Shown here: piece after piece, positions 38,901 to 51,430 of the stretch | Layout of the letters: each line of letters opens with the position of its first letter | Numbering within the stretch: the first letter of the stretch is position 1 | Assembly: GCA_043228905.1 (NCBI GenBank) | Contig: JBHGNT010000004.1 | Span: 20,398,001-20,462,000, forward strand | Direction: 5' to 3' | DNA: 64,000 bases | Source of the DNA: Azolla caroliniana | Lineage: Eukaryota > Plantae > Polypodiophyta | Position numbers and translations under genes: made by a program | Notes under the pieces: generated by a model | What the model was told of the DNA's origin: nothing | What the model saw: the letters and a program-made list of their open reading frames with translations, nothing else | The model's database searches: none

Positions 38901-41152
38901 GAACCGGTAGTCAGAAACCAAGGACAGAGATATCCTCTCCGAGAGAGAAGAGCCCCCCGGAGATTTCCGGATGCAGAGCACGTATTGCTGACTGATGAGG
39001 GGGAGCCGGAAAGCTTCGAAGAAGCAAAGAAAGACACCCACAACCGCAAGTGGTTGAGTGCCATGCAGGACGAGATGGATTCCCTACATGAGAAACCACA
39101 CGTATGAACTAACAGAGTTGCCGAAAGGAAAGAGGGCACTCTGGAACAAGTGGATGTACAAGTTAAAACCATGAGATGTCGGAAACCCACCGAGATACAA
39201 AACCTGGATTGTGGTGAAGGGGTTCCATCAGAAGAAAGGAGTGGATTTCGACGAGATCTTTGCCCCGGTAGATAACATGACTTCCATTTGGATGGTGCTG
39301 AGCATAGTGGCAAGCATGGACCTTGAGGTAGAGCAACTAGACGTAAAGACGACGTTCCTCCATGGTGACCTTGAAGAGGAGATCTATATGCAACAGCCAG
39401 AAGGATTTGTGAAGAAAGAGAATAAGCATTTGGTGTGCCGGTTGAAGAAGAGCTTATACGGATTGAAGCAAGCCCCCCGGTAATGGTACCGGAAGTTCGA
39501 CTCCTTCATGACCGACCAAGGGTACCACAAAACGCAAGCCGATCATTGCGTTTTTGTGAAGAAATTTGACGGAGGAGATTTCCTGATACTCCTCCTGTAT
39601 GTGGATGATATGTTGATCGTCGGACGAGACCCAAGCAAGATTCGGATGTTGAAGAAGGCTCTGAACCGAACCTTCTCAATGAAAGACTTGGGTCCGGCAA
39701 GACAAATATTGGGAATGCACATCATCCGGAACCGGTCGAAGAAGCTGTTGTGGTTGTCACAGGAGAAGTACGTGACAAAGGTGCTTCAACGGTTCAACAT
39801 GTCAGAGGCGAAACCGGTCGGATCGACGCTTCCGGCAAACTGCAAGCTATCCGGAAAACAAAGCCTGAGGAAAAAGGAGGAGAAGATGGATATGATGAAG
39901 ATACCATATGCCTTTGCCGTTGGAAGCTTGAAGTACGCGATGGTATGTACCCGACTGGATATCGGATATGCAGTCGGAGTAGTGAGCCGGTTCATGAGCA
40001 ATCCCGGAAAAGAGCAGTGGAACGCGATCAAGTGAATACTCCGATATTTGAAAGGCACCTCTAGTATGTGCCTCTGGTTCGGCTCCGGTACTCCACAACT
40101 TGACGTATTCACGGATTTGGATATGTCGGCTGATGCAGATACCAACCGGTCTACATCTGGATATGTCATTACTTATGCAGGGGGAGCTGTATCGTGGCAG
40201 TCGAGGTTGCTGAAGATGGTTGCGTTGTCAACCAAGGAGGCGGAGTACATGGCAACTGTGGAAGCCAGCAAGGAGATAATCTGGATGAAGGACTTCATCG
40301 AAGAGCTAGGGATCCATTAGGAGGAATACCGGCTCTACTGAGATAGTCAAAGTGCCATCCACCTTGCAAAGAATGCGGCCTACCATTCCCGGACGAAACA
40401 TATCCATCGGAGGTACCATTGGATCCGGGAGAGACTAGAAGATCAAGAGTTCATGCTGACGAAGATCCACATGGAGGAGAACGGGTTGGATATGTTGACC
40501 AAGGTGTTGACAACCGACAAGCTGAACGCGTGTCGAAAGCGGATCGTGTTGACGAGACATCCCATGCTAGAGTGAAGGGGGAGATTGTTGGGAAGTCGGT
40601 CCCTTCGGATGGGATCCGATTATGAATGTAGAGGACCCGGTGAGAACCGAAAGAGATCTGGAAACCGGATCGAATGGACTCGATGAGAACCAGAAGAGAA
40701 GACATATTTGTAAATATGTTTTGAGTAAGCCTATTGAGGCTATATTTGTAAATAGCCCTAAGTTCATATAAGTATAAATATGACTTAGGGGAATCACTTT
40801 ATATGGTTGTTGATATTGTTGTATGTGCATAATTGTTGTATAGAGAGAGAGTGACAGATAGTGAGAGAGAGGAGATACAAAGCGATACTCTGTTGTAACC
40901 GTTGTTTGGCGAAGAAACAGAGCTAGAGGTCATTGCCTCCGAGTCTCTGGTTGTACATTTCTCATATAGTGATAGTTTGGAGTCTGTGGGCTCCCGTGGT
41001 TTTTCCGTATTAGGGTTTTCCACATAAACATCATGTGTACTTTCTTTTGGTGTACGAGTATTCATCTCTATTCCCATTTCTGTGTTTGATCCTTAAACAA
41101 AGTGATCTAGGACTCGGTTGTGGTCGAGAAATATTCCATAATATTTCCTACA
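35921..41152 (+). mobile_element. Full-length degenerate Copia element H (Tnt1/Tork-like)
   Basis: LTRs 35921-36487 and 40586-41152; TSD ATCAT; iMet PBS tggtatcagagcc at 36491-36503; PPT agagtgaagggggagat; gag-PR-INT-RT (YVDD)-RNaseH fragments in Copia order. Confidence 0.95.
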
Positions 41153-44029
41153 ATCATAGAGTGTACAAGTGAGAGCAAGATCACAGAACAAATTGAGAGA
41201 GACAGAGAGATAGAGAGGCACACAAGATGTAACTGTTTTTTAATAGAAAGCTGGTTACAACAATGGAGGCGGTGACTCTCTAACAAATAGCAACAACAAC
41301 CTATGTGAACTAGGTTACAAAGCCATTTATATACCAACTAGGCTAGGGAAATTGCCCTTTGACATATTTACATAACTGTTCTAAACCTAGACTATCCAAG
41401 AGATAGTGTGAATACGACCATTAGATACTCATATTCGACACTCCCCTGTAAATTATGGGCGTATACAACAAAAATCTGTAGAAAGAATAAATAAGAATTA
41501 CACATTATACAAAGTTATCGAACATATTGGTTTTGTTCGAATCGGCAAAATATGAGAACAGAAGGCTGAGTAAGTCGGGGTCGGAAGAACTAAAGTTGAG
41601 TCTCAAATTATCGATGTCAATTGTCTGAGAACATCCTGAATGTCCGACTCAATCAAACTTATTCTTCTCTACGCCCATTTGTTGCCAAATGGATCCGAAT
41701 CGATCCGCTAAATGACACTTGGTCATCCAATATGCGACATTATGGATTGTATGTATCTTCTCTGGGCCGATTTTCCCTGAAATGACGCAGTCCCGAACAA
41801 AGTGATATCGAACATCGATATGCTTGGAGGCGTTGTGATGGACCGGATTTTTCGATAGAGCAACAACCCCTTGACTGTCACTATAGACTACTAGAACCGA
41901 GTCGGAGTCAACTTGTCGAAATGTGTGCCCCAGCCAACCGAGCCATAAAGCCTCTTTCGCTGCATCAGACGCGGCTACATATTCGGCCTCAGTTGTTGAT
42001 GTGGTAGTGCACTCCTGAAGTTTTGATTTCCACAAGATTGCTCCATTGTTGAATTTGAAAGAATATTCGGTTGTTGACTTTCGACTGTCCACACAAATGG
42101 CAAAGTTTGAGTCAGTGTAGCCGACTACGCTTGAAGTGCAACTCAGACCAAATAGGATGCCATTGTTTTTTGTGCCCACAAGGTATTTGAACACATGATT
42201 AACTGTGTTCCAATGTAATCGAGCATGATTGTGCATAAATCTGTTGACGACTTCGAAGACATGAGCAATTTCGGGCCGTATCACGACCATCGCGTACATC
42301 AAGGAGCCGACTGCCTGTGCATATGATACTGACTTCATATCTTCCCCCTCCTGACCGGATGTTGGTTAGTCTCACTGAGATAGTCGAAGGTTGAAGCGGG
42401 GTCGAAACAGATTTGGCCGATTGCATGTTCAAGCGCTCTAAGACACGACTGATGTAGTCACCTTGAGACAAGAATAGTTGTCGTTGATTACAGGGCGGAC
42501 TAATTTTCATACTAAGAATGTGTCGATCAGGACCTAGGTCCTTCATTGCAAACTTTAACCGCAGTCGTTGAACAAGATCGGCGAGCTCTCCAGCATGCCT
42601 GCCAAAGAGTAGCATGTCATCCACATATAAGATGAGGAAGATGGGAGACCCATCTCGAGCCGTTTTGGTGAAGAGGTAGTGGTACTCATTGCTCTTTGAG
42701 AAGCCGATTGATTGGATGAAGTCGTTGAACTTCCTATACCACTGCCTGGGTGCCTGTTTCAGGCCATATAGACTCTCCCTAAGTCAGCAGACTAGATGCT
42801 CTTGGCCAGCTGCAATGAAGCCTTTTGGTTGCTCCATGTAAATTTCCTCCTCTAGGTCACCATGGAGGAAGTTCGTCTTCACATCCAATTGAGTAAGCTC
42901 CAAGTCCTTGGCTGCCACTACGACCAGGAGAAATCGAAGGGTGGTCATTTTCACCACTGGTGAAAAAATCTCGACGAAGTCGATGCCATATTGTTGTCCA
43001 AAACCCTTCACGACTAATTTGGCCTTATACTTGGGGTTGGTTGAATCAAACGTCTCTTTTAATCTATAGACCCATTTGCATGGAAGAACACGTCGATTTT
43101 TCGGTAGTTCGACCAAGTCCCAAGTTTGGTTTGCCCGAATGAAATTCATTTCCAACTCCATCACCAGATGCCATGTGGCCGAATCGGCTGATGTCGATGC
43201 TTCTCGTATGACATGGGCTTATCAGCGTCTGTGAAGACGATTCTAGGAGAGTACCACTCCAGGGGTTGCAACAGTCTCTCAAATCTTTGAGGTATGAATG
43301 GATTAGTTGCATCGGGTGTCAGAGTCGGATGGTCCAAAGCTGAATCATTTGGATGTGCCACGTCAGTCGCTCCCGAGTCATTGCTAGAGGATTCGACTAC
43401 TCGTGAAGCCGACCTTGTGTTATGAGTTGGGCCTTCGTGAAGGATCGGCACATCTAAAAAGGTTACCCTTCCAACTTCAATAGGCCTTTTGGCCGTTTTG
43501 TGCATAATCAACTCATTGAACACTACATCCGAACTCTGAACGATGTGTTTGTGCTCGGGATCTCAGAGTCGGTATCCAATCTCGTCGTCTGGTCCAGGAA
43601 AATACATTTCCTAGACCTCGGTTCTAATTTGCGATAGACGTCTTTTGGTATGAGAGCATATGCCTCACATCCAAAAATCCTCAGCTTGTCATAATTCAGC
43701 TTTCTACCGCTCAATAATTCCTGTGTATTGTCCTAAGTAGGGCCTCTGCCCAAAAACCAACCGATTGTCTGGAGTGTTGGAGCGTGGATACTATTTGTTC
43801 TTGAATTGTTTGATTCATGCGCTCGGTAATTCCGTTCTGCTCTGACATGTATATTCACATTGAATGTCGTACTGTCGGCAAAATTTGATGAATTCTTCAA
43901 ACTTGAACTCTCCTCCATTGTCGGTTCGAAGGCATTTCAGCTTTCAACCAGACTGGTTTTCTACCATAGCTGGACATTCCTTGAAGATCGAGAACAGTTG
44001 AGCTTTGGTTCTTGTAGGGCTCTTCTTGA

Positions 44030-44405
44030 AGACTTCCATCGGCAATATCCAGACAAACTAGGTCCTCAATCAAAGACGACTCGTAACACTCATCGTTTAA
44101 AAGGGGGGATAGTGTCATGATATGGCTCCAAAAATATTTGAACCCTTGACCTTGTGTGTACATGGGTTAAACCCTTACCATTAAACTATTCATTGTAATA
44201 TAAAAAATATTATTTTCATTTATTATTTCACTATAGGAATTTATATATATTCCATATTACTCTGGAACATTCACAAAACTTCAGGAATACTCCTAACAAC
44301 ACTATAAATAGAGGCACAAGGCATTATTTCGAACCAATTCGGTTCAACACCAGTCTTACGCCTCCTAGTTGTTCTTGTATCCTCACTTCATATAATATAT
44401 CGTTT

Positions 44406-44451
<46 letters not shown>

Positions 44452-46457
44452 GTGAAAACACACAATTATATTAATAAATATGTGTAAAAAACACTACTTA
44501 CAATGGGTGTGACCATGAAGTATGGTCACCCACTAACTACACTACACTACATGGGTAATGGAACATGTTGAATTGCCAATAGGCAAGACGAACATTCCAG
44601 CGAGGAAAGGATTTCCACTTGCTCCAATAAAGAAAATTACCACATTAGTACTCCCTTCAACTTTCGTAGATATGCTTTCACTCCATGTCTACCATCGAAT
44701 ACAAAAGTGTTGCGCATATTCCAATTATGACGCAATCCCCAATATCTCAAAAATAGAAAAACAATCTCCATCTCTAACTTTGGGTCCACCTGTGCAAACA
44801 CCCATTGTCTAGGTGTCAAATAACACCGTGATAAAACTTGCCAAATTTGAGAAATGTAACTCCAAATCTGAGAAGCAATCAGGCATTGTATAAATCGATG
44901 AGTACTATCTTCCATTTGAACAATGCAAAAAAAAGCAATTACCCGTTGCTAGTCCACGACGCTTTAGAGTTAATCCCAAAGGCAATCCTCCAATCAAAAC
45001 TCTCCAAATGAAGACCTTTGCTACAATTAGCAATTTAGAATGCCAACTACGTTGTAAGATTTGCCACCACCCATGATTAGATTTGTGTAATCTCCCTTCT
45101 TCTTCAACCTTAGATGATAACCACCCAAGAGACTCAACAGAGCAATGATACAAAAGATTAGTAGTCACTTGTAACAACGATGTTTGACCCTTTAAACACC
45201 AATCAATCCACGGTTGTTCTCCTGTTTGTAGGGGTAAGGGACCTTGCATCAATGGAATATTTCGTAATTGTTGCCAAATAAACCCATAATTAGGCGGAAT
45301 GCGTAATAATTGTCGTGCTTCAACAAACTCCAAAATTCTTTGAGATGGAGCCTCAACTATATCTCCCACCTCTTTGACCCCCAAACAAAACAAATGATTA
45401 AATTGAGAGCGTAATCTCTCCTTTCCTGGCCAACACAATAACCGAGAAGACACAAGTAACTCTTTTTGCAAAGAATTGCAATGCTCTCTACTAGATGATG
45501 GCTTCCATACACATAACAAGAGTGCTTCTTGCAATGAGGTAACCAAGTGTTGAACACATGTAGAGCCCTGAATCCTAAGTGAAATACATCCATTTAGTAA
45601 TTGCCACCATGAAGCCTTAATTGTTGTCCTCCCATGTGTTAAACCCTTGTTCTCAATGAAATATTGAACAAATGATATCCATGGTTGTGGGTTTGAACAC
45701 ATGTATTGTAATAATGAAAATCTACGAGCCATCATATGCTTAGATAAGTTCAATACTCCAGCTCCCCCCAAGCGCTTAGGAGTTGCTAGATGATTCCATG
45801 CAACCCAAGTGATTCCCATCTTATCCCTTTTCTTCCACAACAAATATCGAAGAGGTTGCAAAATAGAATGCAAAGCCTTCTTTGTCCACGGTAACAATGG
45901 CAAGTAATATAATATCATAGGTTCCGTAATACATTGTACAACCTTCAAACGTACATGAAATGGCCAAGATTGTGATTTCCAATACATGAACTTATCCCTC
46001 AATTTACTAAACATCCATTCAATCAATTGACCATTTGTAACATTCATTCCTAATGGATAGCCCAAGTGTCTAAAAATAGAGCCTTTCTTCACCACGGATC
46101 CTTGCCATCGTAAACATTCCAAATCCCTTTCAGTACATGATATGAGACTAGACTTCCTCCAATTAATATGTAATCCAGAAGCCAATGCAAATTGGTTCCA
46201 TACAAACATCCCCTTCTCAAGATTCTCTCGTGAGGCTTGTAGAAACATGAAAGAATCATCAGTCAAAGCTTGTGCAACTAGTTGCCCTCCATACAGAAGG
46301 TGTAGACCCACAATATCACCATTTGCTGCATCACTAACAAGGGATGAGTAACAATAGCAAACAACAACGGGCTAATAGGGCATCCTTGACTAACGGATCT
46401 TGTAAGGGTAATATCTGAGGTAACTCCTCCATTAAGCATGACTCGAGACACCTAGAT

Positions 46458-46499
<42 letters not shown>

Positions 46500-46582
46500 G
46501 AGTTCCACACACTCCCTTCCTCGTAGTACTAGTCCTCATCTCTAGTACTAATTCCCTCTCTGTCTTAGTATTATTCCTGACA
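44030..46582 (+). mobile_element. Tcn1-like Gypsy fragment D (pol end, PPT and one LTR split by a LINE)
   Basis: FHRQYPDKLGP..KGGIVS* matches the C-terminus of element C pol; PPT aaggggggatag; LTR TGTCATGA (44113) ... TGACA (46582). Confidence 0.75.
44450..46460 (-). mobile_element. 5'-truncated L1-like LINE inserted within a (TC)n microsatellite
   Basis: SVSQGCPLARCC-like RT motif, ALTDDS, SGLHINWRKS, FRHLGYPLG, GGAGVLNL and zf-RVT-like KVFIWRVL..CFF (ORF 44905-46311); (TC)n on both flanks. Confidence 0.85.
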
Positions 46583-47441
46583 ACAACTCTCTAACAAATA
46601 ACAACAACCTATATGAGCTAGGTTACAAAGCCCTTTATATACCAACTGGGCTAGGGCAATTGCCCTTTGACATATTTACATAACTGTATTAAACTTAGAC
46701 TATCCAAGAGACCGTGTGAATACGGCCATTAGATACCCGTATTCGATAGTCGAACTGCAACGCATTAACACGAACTGTTGACGACCGACATCTTCACAAA
46801 GGCCCTAGGAGCCGACAAGCTGCGATAGTTCACGCCAAACCTAGGACTCTCGACCACCAACTAGTCAATCTTGAGGGGGAGACAAACGGAGCAAAACGAA
46901 CACAAAGAACAGGGTGAGCCATCCGCTGAAGTCGAAACCATATACAACACCGGGACATTTGAAACAAGTAATATGTCGCATTCCCTTTTTTGAACAAACT
47001 TTCAAGAAACTGTCACGCATCCACACATGATTTTTAAAAACATCACTCAAAAATGTAGTTAATATTTTGAAGATTAAAAATTTAACCGATATTTGGAAAT
47101 TTCATATACAATTTTATCTGAATCTTAGATAAGACGACGAGAATGCATCAAACTATAATTGTAATATGCTTAATTGTACATAATGTTAAATTCAAATCCA
47201 ACTTAACAAATTTATAAATGCAATTTTGTTACTATATTTGTCATACAATTGATAAGTTAAAATCATATATTCAATGGAAATTATACTTAACCACATGCTT
47301 TACAAGTCAACCTTTGTAAACATATGATAGACACATAAAGTTCGAGGCACCAATAGGATAGATTAAAGAAATTATGCTCAAACGAAAAGTTCTTATATTT
47401 CAAAACAATATTTTAGTTACAAATACAAAGTATTATACAAT

Positions 47442-50400
47442 TCACTCCATTAGGAGGTTTGGAAGAGACTGCTCTCCAAGATCAGTAGGCAATTGTGTCG
47501 TATCCACTTGTTCCGTCTACTCGGCTGAATCTTGTGTTTCTTCAGACTCTGGTACATCTTCGAGGTCCACAAGGTCCCCTCCTTCTTCGTCTATAGGTTC
47601 CATCGGTTCTTGAGATGTCAACTGAAACATCTTTGTTTCATTGATATACTTTGCCCCAACGTCTTGGTCTTGGTCGGGACAATCCTAGATACTTTGGATC
47701 CTCATTTTAATAAAATTAACTTGGGAGGGGTCCTTTTCCAAGGTGACACAATTCCTGAACAATTTGAGAGCACATGAAGTTGTTTTTCCTGAATAAACAA
47801 TCATACATGCATAAGTAAGAAAACAAAGATGAGAAATTCTATTTTATTTTAAGATAAATTGATCACACTTATGAGAATACCTGTTCTAGAGAATAAGCTG
47901 AGCACCCAATCATTAGAATTGGAGAACAACTCGACCAATCGATCAATTAATCGTTGGGGCTTTTGATACGGGTTTACTAGACACTTGTTGCCAAAAACGT
48001 CTCACGACACTTCGTTATTGTTGGGCACATGATATAATTTACGACGTTTCGCTCATTCACATGTGCTTGAGTCTTCTTCTTAGAAATTGCATCGTATTAC
48101 CCCACACACAAATGCTCCACAACGCTCAACATTCGATCGCCTGGGGTACGAGTTATATTCGTCTTAACCCTATTTGTAATGGAATGGAAACAAGTCAATA
48201 TCTATATAGTAAGTGCAATAGAAGCCATATATTAAATATATAACAACTAAAAGCTTATCAATGCATGTGTTCGGTGGCATGGTATCTCGACTTTAGTGCA
48301 ATAGTGACCGATAAAGCCTGACCCATACTATGAAATATTACTAATCGCCATAATGGAGCCAGGTTTAGCTTTGCAAAGTCTTTCACCATCTTTTCTATTT
48401 GCAGATATTTATATGGCACATCATCGTATGTGGACACTGGCATGTCTATGACGAGCAATGTATAATGCCTATTGGGTAATATGTCACGCATATTACCTAC
48501 ATCACCATTATATACACTATAATACAGTTGTCAGAAAGGATCAACCTTGTGTAAAAAACTTTTTATTGTGTTCGAGTCTTCGGGCACCTCTAGCTCCTTT
48601 CCTTTCGCCATTCGCTTTTCGTATTTTGCTCATTCCAAATGGGTGATGAATGCACTTAGAATGTCGTCATTACTATCACCCAATTTTTTGGAGCGAGGTG
48701 GTTTCTACAATTATAAGATATATAAGAAAATGTGCATTATCCTAATATCAACTATAGAAGATATTAAACACTCATACCCATTCTCTAAACACAATGAAAA
48801 ATTCTTCAAGAGCCTTCTACAATGATGTTTTTGGGCAAGACTGCTCCACTTCTTCCTACGTAGGTAGGGACAACTTTTTCATCATCAACTCTTGTATCTT
48901 CATAAACCTTATGGCTAAAAAACATTACACATAAAGGTTAGATAAAGAGAAAATTAACAAAGCAATCCAATAAAAAATAATCATCATATAGATTACTCAC
49001 TTTTGCAACTTTGTGACCATTTCATCGAAGCTAAACTCCTTGGCGGCCACTCTTGATAATACATATATTAATAATCTGTCATCCTTTATCCCTTGCAATG
49101 ACCACCAAGGAAGCAACTTCATGTCCTCATCTAGTTCCTCTATCACCAAGTCACTTTTATGTGACTTAGACTTCATCTCCACTTGAGGGTCCAACTTAGC
49201 CTTCTTTGATCGTTGACCCTTTATTTCTTTTCGCTCCCACATACTGAATATTAGATCTTGGAGGTCCCACACTTCCCCTGCTCTTAAAGCAAGTTGAAAC
49301 CATGAGTCGTACTTTCTCAGGCCTTCAGACTTTGTTCTTTCGTCAACTGCTATCCCCGCTTCAAGCAGACATTGTCGTCGCAATCCAGCATGCAACCTAG
49401 GACCAAATTTTTGCAAAGCATCAAGGTACTCGTGATGAAAGAACCTGATGCGCTCTATACATGACATCTTCTGTCTATAGTCATTATCATTATTGTAGTC
49501 CCAGGCTAGCAACTTGGCTTCTTCATGTGTAAGTCCAGCATACACTTTACATTCTGCATATTTGAAGAAGGGGGTAAGAGGATACTCCTTGACAAGTTGA
49601 CGACGGGCTTTAGTAGAGTGGGATCCTCCAATTACGTAGTATGTGTAATCATACGTCGAACTGTACTTGAAGTCTTCTATAGTTGGGCACTAATCTGTGT
49701 CTACCATTACTAAGAATGTCACAACAGTTGCATGTGAATTGATCTTCATTTTGCTTTATGCACTGAATGCGGCTCTCTTATCTCTAGAGCCCGTTGTCCC
49801 GTTTCTGGATCAATTGGTGGTCTCTTAATAGAACAAATTGGTAAATGAAACAATTGTCCCTTACGGACAAGTTTTGTCTTCGCAATATTTTCTCGAATTC
49901 GATTTTGTTCGGAGGCGAGGATTCCCGAGGCAATCTGGCCACCTGGAGGAATTACTTCGAGTTGTGTATCTTCCTCCTCATCTTCGACGAACTCGAGTAC
50001 GTCAGGCTCGTCCTCCTCAGGTTGTTGCCTTTTCTTGTACTTCTTGTGTTCTGATTTTTCTTTTTGGGCAGTCTTCGTTGGAGTGCTTGCTTGCGTGACC
50101 ATGAGTTCTCCTTTAATGTACAGGCGCAAAGCGACAATTAACTTGTTCTTGGTTTGACATCTTTTTTCAAGGCTTTGGGGTGGCAGGAGTTTTTTATAAA
50201 ATTGCTTTCATCAATTCGGACTCTGCACAACCCCACTGAGCTATCAACATCGAACAACAGGTTTGATGAGTCATTTTCCTCATATTCAACGTTCTTTATT
50301 TGCCTGTAGGTGAAGGTCTTTCCCATTTGAAGCTTTCCTTCACCTTCGGATTTTGCAAGTATGAGGAGCAAATCCCCTTCTTCCCAAGAATAGATCACTG

Positions 50401-50905
50401 CCCATTCCACATGGGGGTAGCTCTTGAAGTGAGGCTCCCCAATCTTTTTGGCTAATGTCCTCATTGTATTTCCGCCCGAAGACTTAGAGGTCTTGTCACC
50501 GGCCGACTCCATCAAAGTTTTTTGAGATTCTTGCTTATTCACGTTGTCGGCCAGCTTTTTGGTTGGGAAGGGAATCTTTAGTTTAAAAGATGGAACCTTT
50601 TGACGAGGTTCAATGTAAATAACAGGCAATAACACAATGATATGAAATTATTCTTCAAAAAGGAACACTGTAAACCTTAAAACAAATGTAAAGTTCAGTA
50701 AAATTAGTAGAAAAACTTTAGAATTTTATGTAACTTAGTATCCAAAACACTAAAAAAAAAGCCACCCTCGTTGAAAGCCACCCTCTTTCAGCGGGAACTC
50801 GATGCAAAAATGAACAAAATTAAAATGGAATCATTTGGGAATCTATAGAGAATCTTTAAAAATAGTTAAAAGAATATACCTGGCAATTTTCTTTCCCTTG
50901 TTCAT
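47442..50905 (-). pseudogene. Intron-containing ParB/Srx-like plus beta-class N4C/N6A DNA methyltransferase fusion gene (decayed)
   Basis: ParB-like: LEIREP..KMKIN..FLVMV..YYVIGGSHSTKARRQL..KVYAGLTHEEAKLLAWDYNN. MTase: LLVIDMP (motif IV remnant), HW|VKTN, VEHLCVG, NPYQKPQRLIDRLVELFSNSNDWVLSLFSRTG|KTTSCALKLFRNCVTLEKD..FIKMRI. GT-AG introns at 47789-47880, 48705-48777 and 48915-49000; several stops and frameshifts; the start is uncertain. Confidence 0.8.
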
Positions 50906-51430
50906 GTTGTTGATGTCGACTCGAGTTGACCGGGGAGGCGAAAACAGAGGGTTTGTGGGATGGCTGTGTGCTCTTGTCCTTCTTGAACGCAATAATGACA
51001 ATGAGAAGATGACTTTCCTTTATATAATTTTTTTATTAATTTTGTTTTTATTTTTAAAAAATTATTTTAAAATGTGACTTACTATAGAATACAATTTTGA
51101 GCTATTTTCGACTCAATTGAGCTTAGTTAGCCTTAGTCGAGATGTCCTCAACCTTGAGTAAAAAATCTCTATTCTCCATTGAGCCATTTTAATTATCAGA
51201 TAACTCGTTATTCTCTATCGAGGAATATAACCATATAAATAATAAACGGTGCCATGCAGAGTCAAACGATGATGTTGGGCAAAGTTCGAATTCATTTTTT
51301 CGATCAAGCCTTTTAACTAGGTACACTACAAAATAATAAAGTAGTTATAGATCATGAGTATTCTAGTGTATGTAATGTTGACGAGGATTGTGTCCATAAG
51401 CCTCTAAATATTTGAAGAGTTCCTTGACAA

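Larger units (their letters stand above)
35862..46748 (-). mobile_element. Copia element G (degenerate; gag deleted) nested in F
   Basis: TSD GTCGA at 35857-35861 and 46749-46753; 3' LTR 35862-41440 split by H; partial 5' LTR 46583-46748; integrase/RT/RNaseH ORFs at 41649-44030. Confidence 0.85.

Noticed and set aside
47442-50905. Bacterial contamination as the source of the methyltransferase
   Set aside because: The gene has spliceosomal GT-AG introns and lies inside TIRs nested in a plant Copia element.
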